The notes under the pieces were generated by a model. The model was not told the origin of the DNA and made no database searches. It saw nothing but the letters and a program-made list of their open reading frames with translations. The position numbers were made by a program, and so were the translations under genes. Positions 37,822 to 46,415 of a stretch of 64,000 bases of DNA are shown one piece after another. Each line of letters begins with the position of its first letter. Within the stretch, counting starts at the first letter, position 1. Origin of the DNA: a virus; IMG/VR virus record IMGVR_UViG_3300042731_005935, positions 1 to 64,000 of that record, one strand, 5' to 3'.

Positions 37822-38592
37822 ATGAATAAGGAAATATTTGATATTACTTGTACAGCAACACTTCGACCAGGACTCCTCGATAGAACACTTTCTTCATTTA
37901 CAAAGAATTTATTCAAGGAAAGGATATCTTGTGCAAGGCTTATTATTAATATTGATATGGCTGGTGCAGAAAAAAGCAGAGAAAAACAGAAATTGATTGA
38001 TGTAATCAATGTAATAGATAAATATCCTTTTTGCAGAAGAGAAATTAGGATTGGAAGAGAGCCGCATTTCCCAACAGCTTTTACTTGGTGTATGGATGAA
38101 GTCTACAGCAAGTATTTTTTTCATCTTGAGGAAGATTGGGAATTGCTTTTTCCTATCGATTTTGAAGCAATGTGGGGTTTACTTGACAAGTATGGAGACC
38201 TTGCCCACCTTCGATTATCGCAATTTACTTCCGAAGAGTTTCGGTGTAAAAATTGGAACAAGTTTCTTGTCTGGAACGGAGAATTCTTTGAAGTGCCGCT
38301 CGATGAAAAATTGGTGATCGGATGGGCTGGCCATCCGTCGCTCAATCGATCATCTTTTATAAAAGACTGTCTACCATACATTGATCGAATGGCAAATCCC
38401 GAAAAGCAGATCAAAGGCAAGATACATCCATGTATAACTCAATCAATTAATGCACACAGGTTTGGTTCATTTCATCCACAAAACTCGCCGAATTCAATTG
38501 TGGATATCGGGCGAGAGTGGATGGTCAATAATGGGTGGAGTAAAGCAGGCAATAAAGCCTGGTTCACCAATTGGGAAAGGAGTAATCAGTAA
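37822..38592 (+). CDS. Glycosyltransferase, GT-A-like
   Basis: 'TATLRPGLL', 'INID', 'YFFHLEEDW' acidic metal-binding motif. Confidence 0.7.
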   Translation: MNKEIFDITCTATLRPGLLDRTLSSFTKNLFKERISCARLIINIDMAGAEKSREKQKLIDVINVIDKYPFCRREIRIGREPHFPTAFTWCMDEVYSKYFFHLEEDWELLFPIDFEAMWGLLDKYGDLAHLRLSQFTSEEFRCKNWNKFLVWNGEFFEVPLDEKLVIGWAGHPSLNRSSFIKDCLPYIDRMANPEKQIKGKIHPCITQSINAHRFGSFHPQNSPNSIVDIGREWMVNNGWSKAGNKAWFTNWERSNQ

Positions 38593-39632
38593 TGGATTTA
38601 TCTATCATCATTCCGTTTGTTGGAGAATACCCGCAAGTATTATGGACAATTCAATCGATTGCACAAGGCTTGATTGAAACGGAGATTGAGTTTGAAATTA
38701 TTGCAGTGGATAACTACTGCGAACAGGCTGTCCGTCAATGTAATGTGGCAACTCAGAAAGCAATTGACAAATTGAAACAGATTTACTTCAACGAAGGAAG
38801 AGAAATTGAGGCTTCCGATATGTTTGAAATCCATGACATGATCCCGCCAATTTATAAAAATAGAAGCGGAGAGGCAATCAAGGCTTGTGCGCGTGGGAAT
38901 CCGTGGCTCCGTTATGTTGAATATCCTGACAGTTTATCACATTGGCAGGCAAAGCGTGTTGGTGTTCAAGAATCAGATGGAAAAGTTCTCCTGTTTGTTG
39001 ATGCACATACCATTCCGTCGGTTGATGCAATTGAAGAAATGTTTTTAGAATATACACGTGGATCATACAATGAAAATGGAACAATGCATTTACCTTTAAC
39101 ATACAAGATCCTTGAATGGCACCGATTGATCTACAAGTTTTTTGTTGAGAATGAATTTTTCTACAGTTATAAGTTTACTCCTTTCAGACAAGCCAAAGAG
39201 CCGTACGAGGTACAATGCATGTCAACTTGTGGCATGATGATCTCCAGAAGTATTTATGATCAACTCGGCGGCTGGCCAGCAACTCTTGGAGTTTATGGTG
39301 GCGGAGAAAATTTCATGAATTATACGCTGGCAGTATGCGGTTTTAAGAAGTGGATATATCCGCATGGGACGCTTTTTCATCATGCGGATAGACGTGATTA
39401 CCATTGGTATGGTGATAATTTGATTTATAACAGGATGCTTGCTCATTATCTTTTCGGGGGTAAAGACTTGTTGGCGAAGTTTACTTCTATTTGTAAAGGT
39501 AGACCATCTACTCTGCAAATGTTTGCAGAGATGGCCCTTAAGGAAGGTTTCGATCAACGGCAGCAAATCAAATCAATTCAAAAAATGACTATTGAGGAAT
39601 GGGCGGAGAAATGGAGAGAAAATGAACTTTAA
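38592..39632 (+). CDS. GT-A glycosyltransferase resembling polypeptide GalNAc-transferase catalytic domain
   Basis: 'SIIIPF', DxH motif 'LLFVDAH', Gal/GalNAc-T-like 'LGGW...YGGGEN...VCG...LFHH'. Confidence 0.8.
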   Translation: MDLSIIIPFVGEYPQVLWTIQSIAQGLIETEIEFEIIAVDNYCEQAVRQCNVATQKAIDKLKQIYFNEGREIEASDMFEIHDMIPPIYKNRSGEAIKACARGNPWLRYVEYPDSLSHWQAKRVGVQESDGKVLLFVDAHTIPSVDAIEEMFLEYTRGSYNENGTMHLPLTYKILEWHRLIYKFFVENEFFYSYKFTPFRQAKEPYEVQCMSTCGMMISRSIYDQLGGWPATLGVYGGGENFMNYTLAVCGFKKWIYPHGTLFHHADRRDYHWYGDNLIYNRMLAHYLFGGKDLLAKFTSICKGRPSTLQMFAEMALKEGFDQRQQIKSIQKMTIEEWAEKWRENEL

Positions 39633-40041
39633 AGATTACCTTTGTAAATTCGAAAGACAAGTAATTTATACAGGGTTTATGATGGGTCGTTTCGGAGAAC
39701 GCAAGGAAGAGATTGTGCCTCTCCGATATGGAAAATTATCAAAGTCGGAATTTGGAGAATTCATTGAAAAGACATTTGATGCTGGTGTTTTACTTGCGAT
39801 CAATTATTATGGACTTTTCAAACTATCGACTGAAATAATTAAAGCGGCTGAATCTGTGAGACATATTTTTGGAGAAATTCGATCCATAAAATCTCCAGTT
39901 GTTCATTTTAATTCCATAAAAATTGAGGATGTTAAGGAACTTGCACCAGAGTTGTTTCCGGATTATCTAGAATTCAAGAAGTATATTGTGGAATTGAGAT
40001 GGGGCCAGCGTGATGCCAGCCCAGATTTAAAGATTATTTAA
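39622..40041 (+). CDS. Hypothetical protein
   Basis: Last gene of the + strand block; overlaps the convergent gene. Confidence 0.6.
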   Translation: MNFKDYLCKFERQVIYTGFMMGRFGERKEEIVPLRYGKLSKSEFGEFIEKTFDAGVLLAINYYGLFKLSTEIIKAAESVRHIFGEIRSIKSPVVHFNSIKIEDVKELAPELFPDYLEFKKYIVELRWGQRDASPDLKII

Positions 40042-40417
40042 GAGAGTTCAGGAAGTTAATGAATTTCTGAAACATTGCAAACCATTTTTCACGAATAAGC
40101 CCGCCAAATCCATTTGTCCAGAATTCATTGTTAGCTTGTTGAATTCTTTCCTTATCTGTTTCATATTGCTTCACATAAGGCGGCCAGTTTGGTGTATTTC
40201 CATAGATGGAGATGAGTTCATTTATTTCTGCTTTTGTTTTACAATCAATCAACGGCCGTTTGAAATTTCTGATAAAATTTTCTTGTGCAAGTCTGATTTG
40301 AAGACCAAAACCATCATTGTAAAAATGGGCTTGGTAATGTTCATCAGTCGGTGATACAGGTTGGAGAATTTGAGCTGCTTCTGCCAATGTTTCCTTATTG
40401 AAATATTTTGGTTTCAT
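40034..40417 (-). CDS. Hypothetical protein
   Basis: AAGGAG RBS. Confidence 0.65.
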   Translation of the reverse strand: MKPKYFNKETLAEAAQILQPVSPTDEHYQAHFYNDGFGLQIRLAQENFIRNFKRPLIDCKTKAEINELISIYGNTPNWPPYVKQYETDKERIQQANNEFWTNGFGGLIREKWFAMFQKFINFLNSLK

Positions 40418-40438
40418 TTGTTTCTAAATCTCCTTTGT

Positions 40439-40699
40439 TTAAAACTTTTTAAGAAATGTACCAGGATTGATTGCGGTTATAACTCTTTTCAGGCATTCAA
40501 GCATACCTTGAAAAGAAGGATGTACGAGGATCATAATAGCTACATTAAGTTCGTGACCACAACCTATGCAGTTATCTCTCCATATTTTGGTTACGTCCTT
40601 GTCGAAGATACGAAGGTCAATCTTCTGAACCTTGCCGCATTTCGGGCATTGCACCATTGGGGTTCTTTCTTCTTGTTGGATTTTAATTAGTTCGCCCAT
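40439..40699 (-). CDS. Zn-ribbon protein
   Basis: CPKC...CIGC. Confidence 0.7.
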   Translation of the reverse strand: MGELIKIQQEERTPMVQCPKCGKVQKIDLRIFDKDVTKIWRDNCIGCGHELNVAIMILVHPSFQGMLECLKRVITAINPGTFLKKF

Positions 40700-40707
40700 G
40701 TTTTCTC

Positions 40708-41328
40708 CTATTCTTTGAATGCTGTAGGTTTGATTTCGGATTCGATTGGCAATTGCTCCAAACGATGGATTAAGTTCAGGAATTCCGAGGAGATTTTGTT
40801 TACATCAATCTCCTCCTTGATTAACCTGGCAAGTGTACGTCGGCCTTTCTCGATATGCTTCCTGGCACCAGCACCGCCAAATTTGGTGCGTTTTTTCATT
40901 ACTTCGGTTATAAGGTGATAAGTGTTCCACCAGTAGGCGTAGACATAGACAAAACGACGACGAAGGTTGACAAGTTGTTCATCCTTTTCTAAATCCAGGT
41001 CTTTTATTTTCGCTCGGAGTATTTTATTAAAATGATGACTCCAGATCCCAAATTCGGTTTCAATGTCTTCCCACATCAACATCCATTTGGCCCTGGATGC
41101 GCGTTCTTTTTTCTTTGCACCCGTCGGTTTTCGAAATGGCAGGATGTATTTTTGCAAAGTTGCAGTTACCAAATCAACCTGTGCCATCATATCAATAGGA
41201 TGCATTTCTTTTAACTTATCTTCATCCCACTCCATGATATTTTCAAGACCAAGTGTGTAAACAAATCCAATTGACTCGATCATCTCCAGTGGAGTTTTTC
41301 TTTTTTCCTCGGTCGTCGTTTCTTCCAT
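40708..41328 (-). CDS. Hypothetical protein
   Basis: 206-aa ORF in operon. Confidence 0.7.
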   Translation of the reverse strand: MEETTTEEKRKTPLEMIESIGFVYTLGLENIMEWDEDKLKEMHPIDMMAQVDLVTATLQKYILPFRKPTGAKKKERASRAKWMLMWEDIETEFGIWSHHFNKILRAKIKDLDLEKDEQLVNLRRRFVYVYAYWWNTYHLITEVMKKRTKFGGAGARKHIEKGRRTLARLIKEEIDVNKISSEFLNLIHRLEQLPIESEIKPTAFKE

Positions 41329-41552
41329 TATCGCACCCTTTCACGTTGTTTGATTATCTTCACATTCCGCCTTACCTGCATAATAACCTGGAAAACAAGA
41401 TATGGCCAAATAAGGCAGAAGAAAACTATTAACACGGCGACCCAGAAAGGTTTCTTCCCACGAAGTATTGGGTTACCGATAATTCTGATAATCGTGGCAA
41501 CAAGCCCGATCACCGCTATCGCCAAATAGATTTTTAGAATAAGAAATAACAT
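41328..41552 (-). CDS. Small membrane protein (2 TM)
   Basis: Two hydrophobic segments; GAGG RBS. Confidence 0.65.
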   Translation of the reverse strand: MLFLILKIYLAIAVIGLVATIIRIIGNPILRGKKPFWVAVLIVFFCLIWPYLVFQVIMQVRRNVKIIKQRERVR

Positions 41553-41569
41553 GGTTTTACCTCATAAGT

Positions 41570-41968
41570 TTATTTGATTTGGATATCTTGGTAGATTTGT
41601 ATAATAATCTTTGTTTTCAGGTTGACAGTTATCTCCGTCCAATAACGGTGTTTGACACTACCACTTGATACTTCAAATTCCAGAGAATACTTTAGATATT
41701 TATCATTCTGATTCCATTTCTCACTTCCATCGATGACTCTTACATCTCCACCAGATGCAAGTTGGAATTGATATAAACCACGCATCATGATTCGCTTGGT
41801 TTTGGTATAAATATCTTCGGCGTCCGCTCGTCCGTGAAAAATCACAATCAAAAGAAGTATTACTCCGATTGTGATGATTGATAATGCTTTAGTAAGTTTT
41901 TCCGGTGTCATCTTAATGTTCCTTCCTGAAGAAGTCATAATCATAAGTGTTGTCAGTTTCATCTTCAT
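41570..41968 (-). CDS. Hypothetical protein with signal/TM segment
   Basis: Hydrophobic N-terminal segment; start may be internal (MTPEK). Confidence 0.55.
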   Translation of the reverse strand: MKMKLTTLMIMTSSGRNIKMTPEKLTKALSIITIGVILLLIVIFHGRADAEDIYTKTKRIMMRGLYQFQLASGGDVRVIDGSEKWNQNDKYLKYSLEFEVSSGSVKHRYWTEITVNLKTKIIIQIYQDIQIK

Positions 41969-42242
41969 CTAAGATTCCATATTTTTTTCTGAACTGATAT
42001 TCTCGATCAGCAGCCCAACAGATCGCTTTGTTTTGCTCTGAATCTTCCCGCCAGTTTTCTGCTACCCATTTAAGATACCAAGATGGACATTTGGAGACTG
42101 GAGTCCATACTTTTTTAAATGGAATCTTTATCTCCTTCGGTTCAACCTTCCTGAGTTTCTTCCGTTTTTCCATTAATTGGCTCCTGTAGCTTATCAATTG
42201 TTGTTTCAATATGGATTTCTCTAATGCCAATCCCATCGACAA
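41913..42242 (-). CDS. Hypothetical protein
   Basis: 'CPSWYLKW' motif; start probably internal (MEKRKK). Confidence 0.55.
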   Translation of the reverse strand: MSMGLALEKSILKQQLISYRSQLMEKRKKLRKVEPKEIKIPFKKVWTPVSKCPSWYLKWVAENWREDSEQNKAICWAADREYQFRKKYGILDEDETDNTYDYDFFRKEH

Positions 42243-42672
42243 ATTTTCCTAAAGCCTTGATCGATTGGTGAATATAGGCATCAGTGGATATTGACGTAAC
42301 ATAACATCCAGACCGTTCTTGGAAGCGTTGGATAGCTTGAAGGATATCACCTTCAAATATTTGCTTTGCTTCATCATATGCTTGTTTGGGGTTGATATTC
42401 CTGAACTTCTCCTTGATCCGCTCAGCATATACTTTTGAACCATAAGGGGTAACTGGAATAATATCTTCGGAAGCCTGATCCCAGAAGAAATGATTATCCA
42501 ATTTAAATTCATTCATTATTTGACCGCTTGTGCCGAAGTTTATCCTTTCTCCTGTATCAATATTTTCCATTGTTAGTGATGGACTGGAACAGTATGCACA
42601 AACACGCCAGAACCCTTCTCCCTGGTAACTGTAAACTCCTCTTTGCAATGTGAAGTCCTTTGATGGTATCAT
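42142..42672 (-). CDS. Hypothetical protein
   Basis: GAGG RBS; 176 aa. Confidence 0.6.
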   Translation of the reverse strand: MIPSKDFTLQRGVYSYQGEGFWRVCAYCSSPSLTMENIDTGERINFGTSGQIMNEFKLDNHFFWDQASEDIIPVTPYGSKVYAERIKEKFRNINPKQAYDEAKQIFEGDILQAIQRFQERSGCYVTSISTDAYIHQSIKALGKFVDGIGIREIHIETTIDKLQEPINGKTEETQEG

Positions 42673-42679
42673 TATTTCC

Positions 42680-43048
42680 TCACTTTTTTGGAATTTCTAA
42701 TACTTTCATACCGAAAACTTTTTCAATGCATTGTTTGCCACTTCTGTATGCATTTATTTTCGATTGATATTCCTTTTTATCATTCGGTTTAATAACATAA
42801 TCATGTGTGGTTATTTCGTTTCCTCTTCCTCTTATTCGACAAACATATGCAATCCATGAAAAATAGAAATCTCCAGGCTCCTTTGACCTCCTAATTTTTA
42901 CTCCTTCGACATGGCAGCCGCGTTTTATTTTTATGCGATGGTTCTTTTTCTCCTGGTCGCGGATAGCCGTATTTACACATTGAGTAATCCGGTTTGCTTG
43001 GGTGTTTGACATACTCATAACCCTCCTCGTTTTCCTGATATAATCCAC
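42680..43048 (-). CDS. Hypothetical protein
   Basis: GGAGG RBS before the internal MSMSN start. Confidence 0.55.
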   Translation of the reverse strand: MDYIRKTRRVMSMSNTQANRITQCVNTAIRDQEKKNHRIKIKRGCHVEGVKIRRSKEPGDFYFSWIAYVCRIRGRGNEITTHDYVIKPNDKKEYQSKINAYRSGKQCIEKVFGMKVLEIPKK

Positions 43049-43736
43049 GGAAGTTTATAATTCGATTGCCACCATATCTCCCGCGGTTCCATATTTTCCT
43101 TCTCGACGATAAAATGTTGACCTTCCGAAAGAAAGCATTTGGTGGACACCAATGGAGAAAATCTTCAAGTCTGAAAATATGGAAGTTAAGGTGGAAAAGT
43201 AATATTTGACAAGACTGTCCATCTGTCATTGTAAAATTCCGGTAATTATTTCGGAGCATTTTGTAAGTATGATCCATAATTATAATGCAGGAGACTTTGC
43301 GATCACGTCGGAATATAATGATCGGATGATCCTTTTTGTGCTGTTTTGCTTCTTTGATTGCTTTATCGATCCAGCGTAGTAATACAGGACCCCTTTTTAG
43401 TTTTTTGGAAAGAGGTGCGTCAAGCATATTTAAAATGGATATTCCATTATTTGTATGATCCGAATACCCACGTTTTAACTCAATCATACAAATCCTGGTA
43501 AGTTTTCTTCCGATCCGATGCAAGGCCATTACATCTCCACAGGAATTGGCAGTTCTAATATCCTTTTTCATGCGAACGGTTGCCCTCGCACCGGATGCGG
43601 AAGTTCTCCAAAATATATCGTCACGTGGTTCACCAAATGATTTTGAAAACCACAGAGAGAGTTCCTTGCATGTGGAACGTTCGTATGCTCCACCTTTTTT
43701 TGGATTACCCTTCTTCTTTTTTTTCTTTTTTGGCAT
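42891..43736 (-). CDS. Holliday junction resolvase-like PD-(D/E)xK nuclease
   Basis: 'KGGAYER', 'RTSASGA', 'GDV', 'IELKRGY'. Confidence 0.75.
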   Translation of the reverse strand: MPKKKKKKKGNPKKGGAYERSTCKELSLWFSKSFGEPRDDIFWRTSASGARATVRMKKDIRTANSCGDVMALHRIGRKLTRICMIELKRGYSDHTNNGISILNMLDAPLSKKLKRGPVLLRWIDKAIKEAKQHKKDHPIIIFRRDRKVSCIIIMDHTYKMLRNNYRNFTMTDGQSCQILLFHLNFHIFRLEDFLHWCPPNAFFRKVNILSSRRKIWNRGRYGGNRIINFRGLYQENEEGYEYVKHPSKPDYSMCKYGYPRPGEKEPSHKNKTRLPCRRSKN

Positions 43737-43772
43737 CTTTCAACCCTTCTTATGCTGCGAACTTCTCTTCCA

Positions 43773-44393
43773 TTATAACATGTTTTTGCGGATCACCTTG
43801 ACCCGGGATTTGCCTTTTACATGTTCAATTTTAAATACTTTGTCGGCAATTTCAATTAGATCGTCATCATGTGTAATTAGGATAACCTGGAATCGAAGTT
43901 TTTTGGAAAGTTCTTTCATTATCATTCCGGTTAAGGAGATAAGTTTGCCAGTCCACTTGAATGGTTCGTCAAGAATAAATACGTTCCGTGTTTTAGGAGA
44001 AGACATATGCCACAAGATAATTCGAAACGTGAAAGATATTATATCTATAATGCTGCCACCAAGATCATCTTTAGGATCGAGTTCCTCTCCATTCTCTTTT
44101 ACTATAATCCTGGATTCAATTTCATTTCTTTTCACTTTGTAAACGAGTTCAAAGGATAAATCCCTATTAAATATCTGCCGAATCGATCTTGTTACTGTTG
44201 CTTCGATCCTATTTTTAAATTTCTTGTGGATAATTTCAATTGCTTTATTGAGTAAATTCCTGGCATCAATATGATCTTTTATCTTCCGCCTTGTCTTGCG
44301 GATTTTCCTGGTAAGTTTTCTTTCCTCTATTAGGAGGCTTGCCTTCTTTGCAAATAACCTATCGTACCGATTTTTAATATCTTCGAATTCCAA
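43773..44393 (-). CDS. Rad50/SbcC-like ATPase, C-terminal half
   Basis: Degenerate ABC signature 'LGGS', Walker B 'ILDEPF', H-loop 'LITH'. Confidence 0.85.
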   Translation of the reverse strand: MEFEDIKNRYDRLFAKKASLLIEERKLTRKIRKTRRKIKDHIDARNLLNKAIEIIHKKFKNRIEATVTRSIRQIFNRDLSFELVYKVKRNEIESRIIVKENGEELDPKDDLGGSIIDIISFTFRIILWHMSSPKTRNVFILDEPFKWTGKLISLTGMIMKELSKKLRFQVILITHDDDLIEIADKVFKIEHVKGKSRVKVIRKNML

Positions 44394-44394
44394 T

Positions 44395-44646
44395 TTATAT
44401 CTCCAATGTAAATTTTCTGTATCTTATATAATTATATAAACATGTTGGAAGACCTATAGGTATCCAAAAAACAAGAATCATTCCCGGTAATATAAGATTC
44501 ATAAATGGAATTATTCCAAAAAATACAGATATAAAATAATGAAACCAGTATTGTTTTCTACCATCCATATCATTTATAGTATAAATAAAAGCAATCCAAA
44601 TTGGAATACATATAACACATGATAAAATATAATAAAGTAATTCCAT
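44395..44646 (-). CDS. Small membrane protein
   Basis: Multiple hydrophobic segments; AT-rich DNA. Confidence 0.6.
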   Translation of the reverse strand: MELLYYILSCVICIPIWIAFIYTINDMDGRKQYWFHYFISVFFGIIPFMNLILPGMILVFWIPIGLPTCLYNYIRYRKFTLEI

Positions 44647-44879
44647 TACCTAACCTTATCCAGAATACGTCTTGCTTTCTCTTTGAGGGTTTTCGCCCTA
44701 CTGGAGAGTTCTTTTAGTTTGTCGTCAATCCTCTCCAATTCTTTTTCAGCCTTCTGTGGAGTACTAAGATCAAAATCACCAAGTTCTGATTTCTTCTTCT
44801 TGATGATTTCATCCTTTACACCGATTTGAATTTTTATATCCTGCAACTCCTTGGATAGTTCTCTAATATCAGTTTTCAT
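44646..44879 (-). CDS. Small coiled-coil protein
   Basis: Heptad-like charged helix (MKTDIRELSKELQDIK...). Confidence 0.65.
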   Translation of the reverse strand: MKTDIRELSKELQDIKIQIGVKDEIIKKKKSELGDFDLSTPQKAEKELERIDDKLKELSSRAKTLKEKARRILDKVR

Positions 44880-45181
44880 TTTCTTCCTTCTTATTTGGTG
44901 ATGGGTCTGCAATTAATTTCATTCTACCAGATTTTCCGCATTGACCACAAAAAGAATCTTCATCATTTAAAAAAGTAAGACAATCCCACGGGATATCATA
45001 TTGATTTCCACATTCGCATCCAACTAATACAGTATCAAGGTCAGCTTCATTTGGTTTCCAATCAATTTTCTCCCTTTTTTCTTCAACTACCTTTCCATTT
45101 TTAAATCTTGTTGTAATTAATTCACCTGGTTTTATATTTTTTTGGAACGATATTCAATAGATAATCTATTATTTTTTTCAT
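44869..45181 (-). pseudogene. Zn-ribbon protein interrupted by a frameshift in an A7 run
   Basis: The ATG 45181 frame stops after 19 codons. Removing one A at 45137-45143 gives a continuous ORF with CEC...CGQC. Confidence 0.45.
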
Positions 45182-45182
45182 T

Positions 45183-45392
45183 TTAAAATCCTTCCACATC
45201 AATTCCAAGGTCTAATGCTTTTTGAATTATGTTTAGGTAGCATTGGGTAAGTAGCCTAGATTTATATGACCTGTCTTCTATCTTGTGGGCCCTTATTTGA
45301 CCAAATCTTGACATGTTAAGCCTTATCGCCATGCATAAATCCGTATACTCCAGTAAGTTAAGTTTATCAAATACTATCGGTTTCAATATCAA
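45183..45392 (-). CDS. Hypothetical protein
   Basis: AAGGAG RBS; TTG start. Confidence 0.5.
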   Translation of the reverse strand: MILKPIVFDKLNLLEYTDLCMAIRLNMSRFGQIRAHKIEDRSYKSRLLTQCYLNIIQKALDLGIDVEGF

Positions 45393-46305
45393 TCTCCTTT
45401 GCTACCTCAGCGAGGACACTTTTGATCCCGCGTTTATTTTTTGCTTTCATTAGGAGCATTTCGATAACCCTTAAAATGTTAACTTCTTCAATTTGTTTAG
45501 TACTTATATACAAATCACCGAGGGTTTCTTCGGTGACAATTTCTTCATGGACACCAAAGTTTAAAACATCTCTGGCTGGAGCAACCGGGATATCAACAAC
45601 ATCAAAATTCCTATCCGTCGAATCATAAACTACCACACGTGGTTTATGCTCTTTCATGTAGTCTGTGACCTCAAGACGCATCATTGGACCAGTGTTTGCA
45701 AAAACTCCCGGTTTTTGGCTTTTCGTATAGTAGTAATGCATTGATGATCGATGGATATCTCCCATTACAATAAAGTCAAATAAATTGCCGTATGTATCTA
45801 TCCACCTGGTTGTCTTCTTAAATTTGTGTCCAGGAAATAGGGAATTCCTTGTTATTGGAGCATGAGCAGCAAGAACATTCCTATATGGGTCCCTTCGGAA
45901 ATGCTTCGGGACAGGAAATTTATCTCCCCAATTACATCCATACAAAAAACAATTTCCACATTTTATTGGTTCACTTCCGAGTAATTCGATTACTCCAGAA
46001 CGCGCCAGAATCGCAAGGTTATTGATTACTTTTTTATTCCTCATATACATATCATGTTGACCATAAACAGTATAAAAGGGAACGTCTGGGAACCGCATGG
46101 TGATGGATAAAAACTTAAACAAGGCGAGAATATCCCGTGGAGAGTTAAAAAGATCACCCGCACAAATTATTGGAGCGTTCCCCAAATCCGATGCAAGTTT
46201 GAAGACAAACTGCATTTTATTCCTGAAGTCAGAAAGTGGATTACCAAGTCTACCTCTTGGAATCCTGCTCGTACAATGTGGATCACTAATGCCGATTAAT
46301 TTCAT
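45367..46305 (-). CDS. Mre11/SbcD-like metallophosphoesterase nuclease
   Basis: 'SDPH', 'AGDLF', 'GQHD', 'GDIH' phosphoesterase motifs. Confidence 0.9.
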   Translation of the reverse strand: MKLIGISDPHCTSRIPRGRLGNPLSDFRNKMQFVFKLASDLGNAPIICAGDLFNSPRDILALFKFLSITMRFPDVPFYTVYGQHDMYMRNKKVINNLAILARSGVIELLGSEPIKCGNCFLYGCNWGDKFPVPKHFRRDPYRNVLAAHAPITRNSLFPGHKFKKTTRWIDTYGNLFDFIVMGDIHRSSMHYYYTKSQKPGVFANTGPMMRLEVTDYMKEHKPRVVVYDSTDRNFDVVDIPVAPARDVLNFGVHEEIVTEETLGDLYISTKQIEEVNILRVIEMLLMKAKNKRGIKSVLAEVAKEIDIETDSI

Positions 46306-46415
46306 TTTTACTCCTAATTTATTTTACAAGCGATTGTAAAAAACGACCAATAAAACTCCCAAGTGATAATGAAAAAAATGTTAAAATAATTATTCCCATA
46401 ATGAGTAATTCAAAT

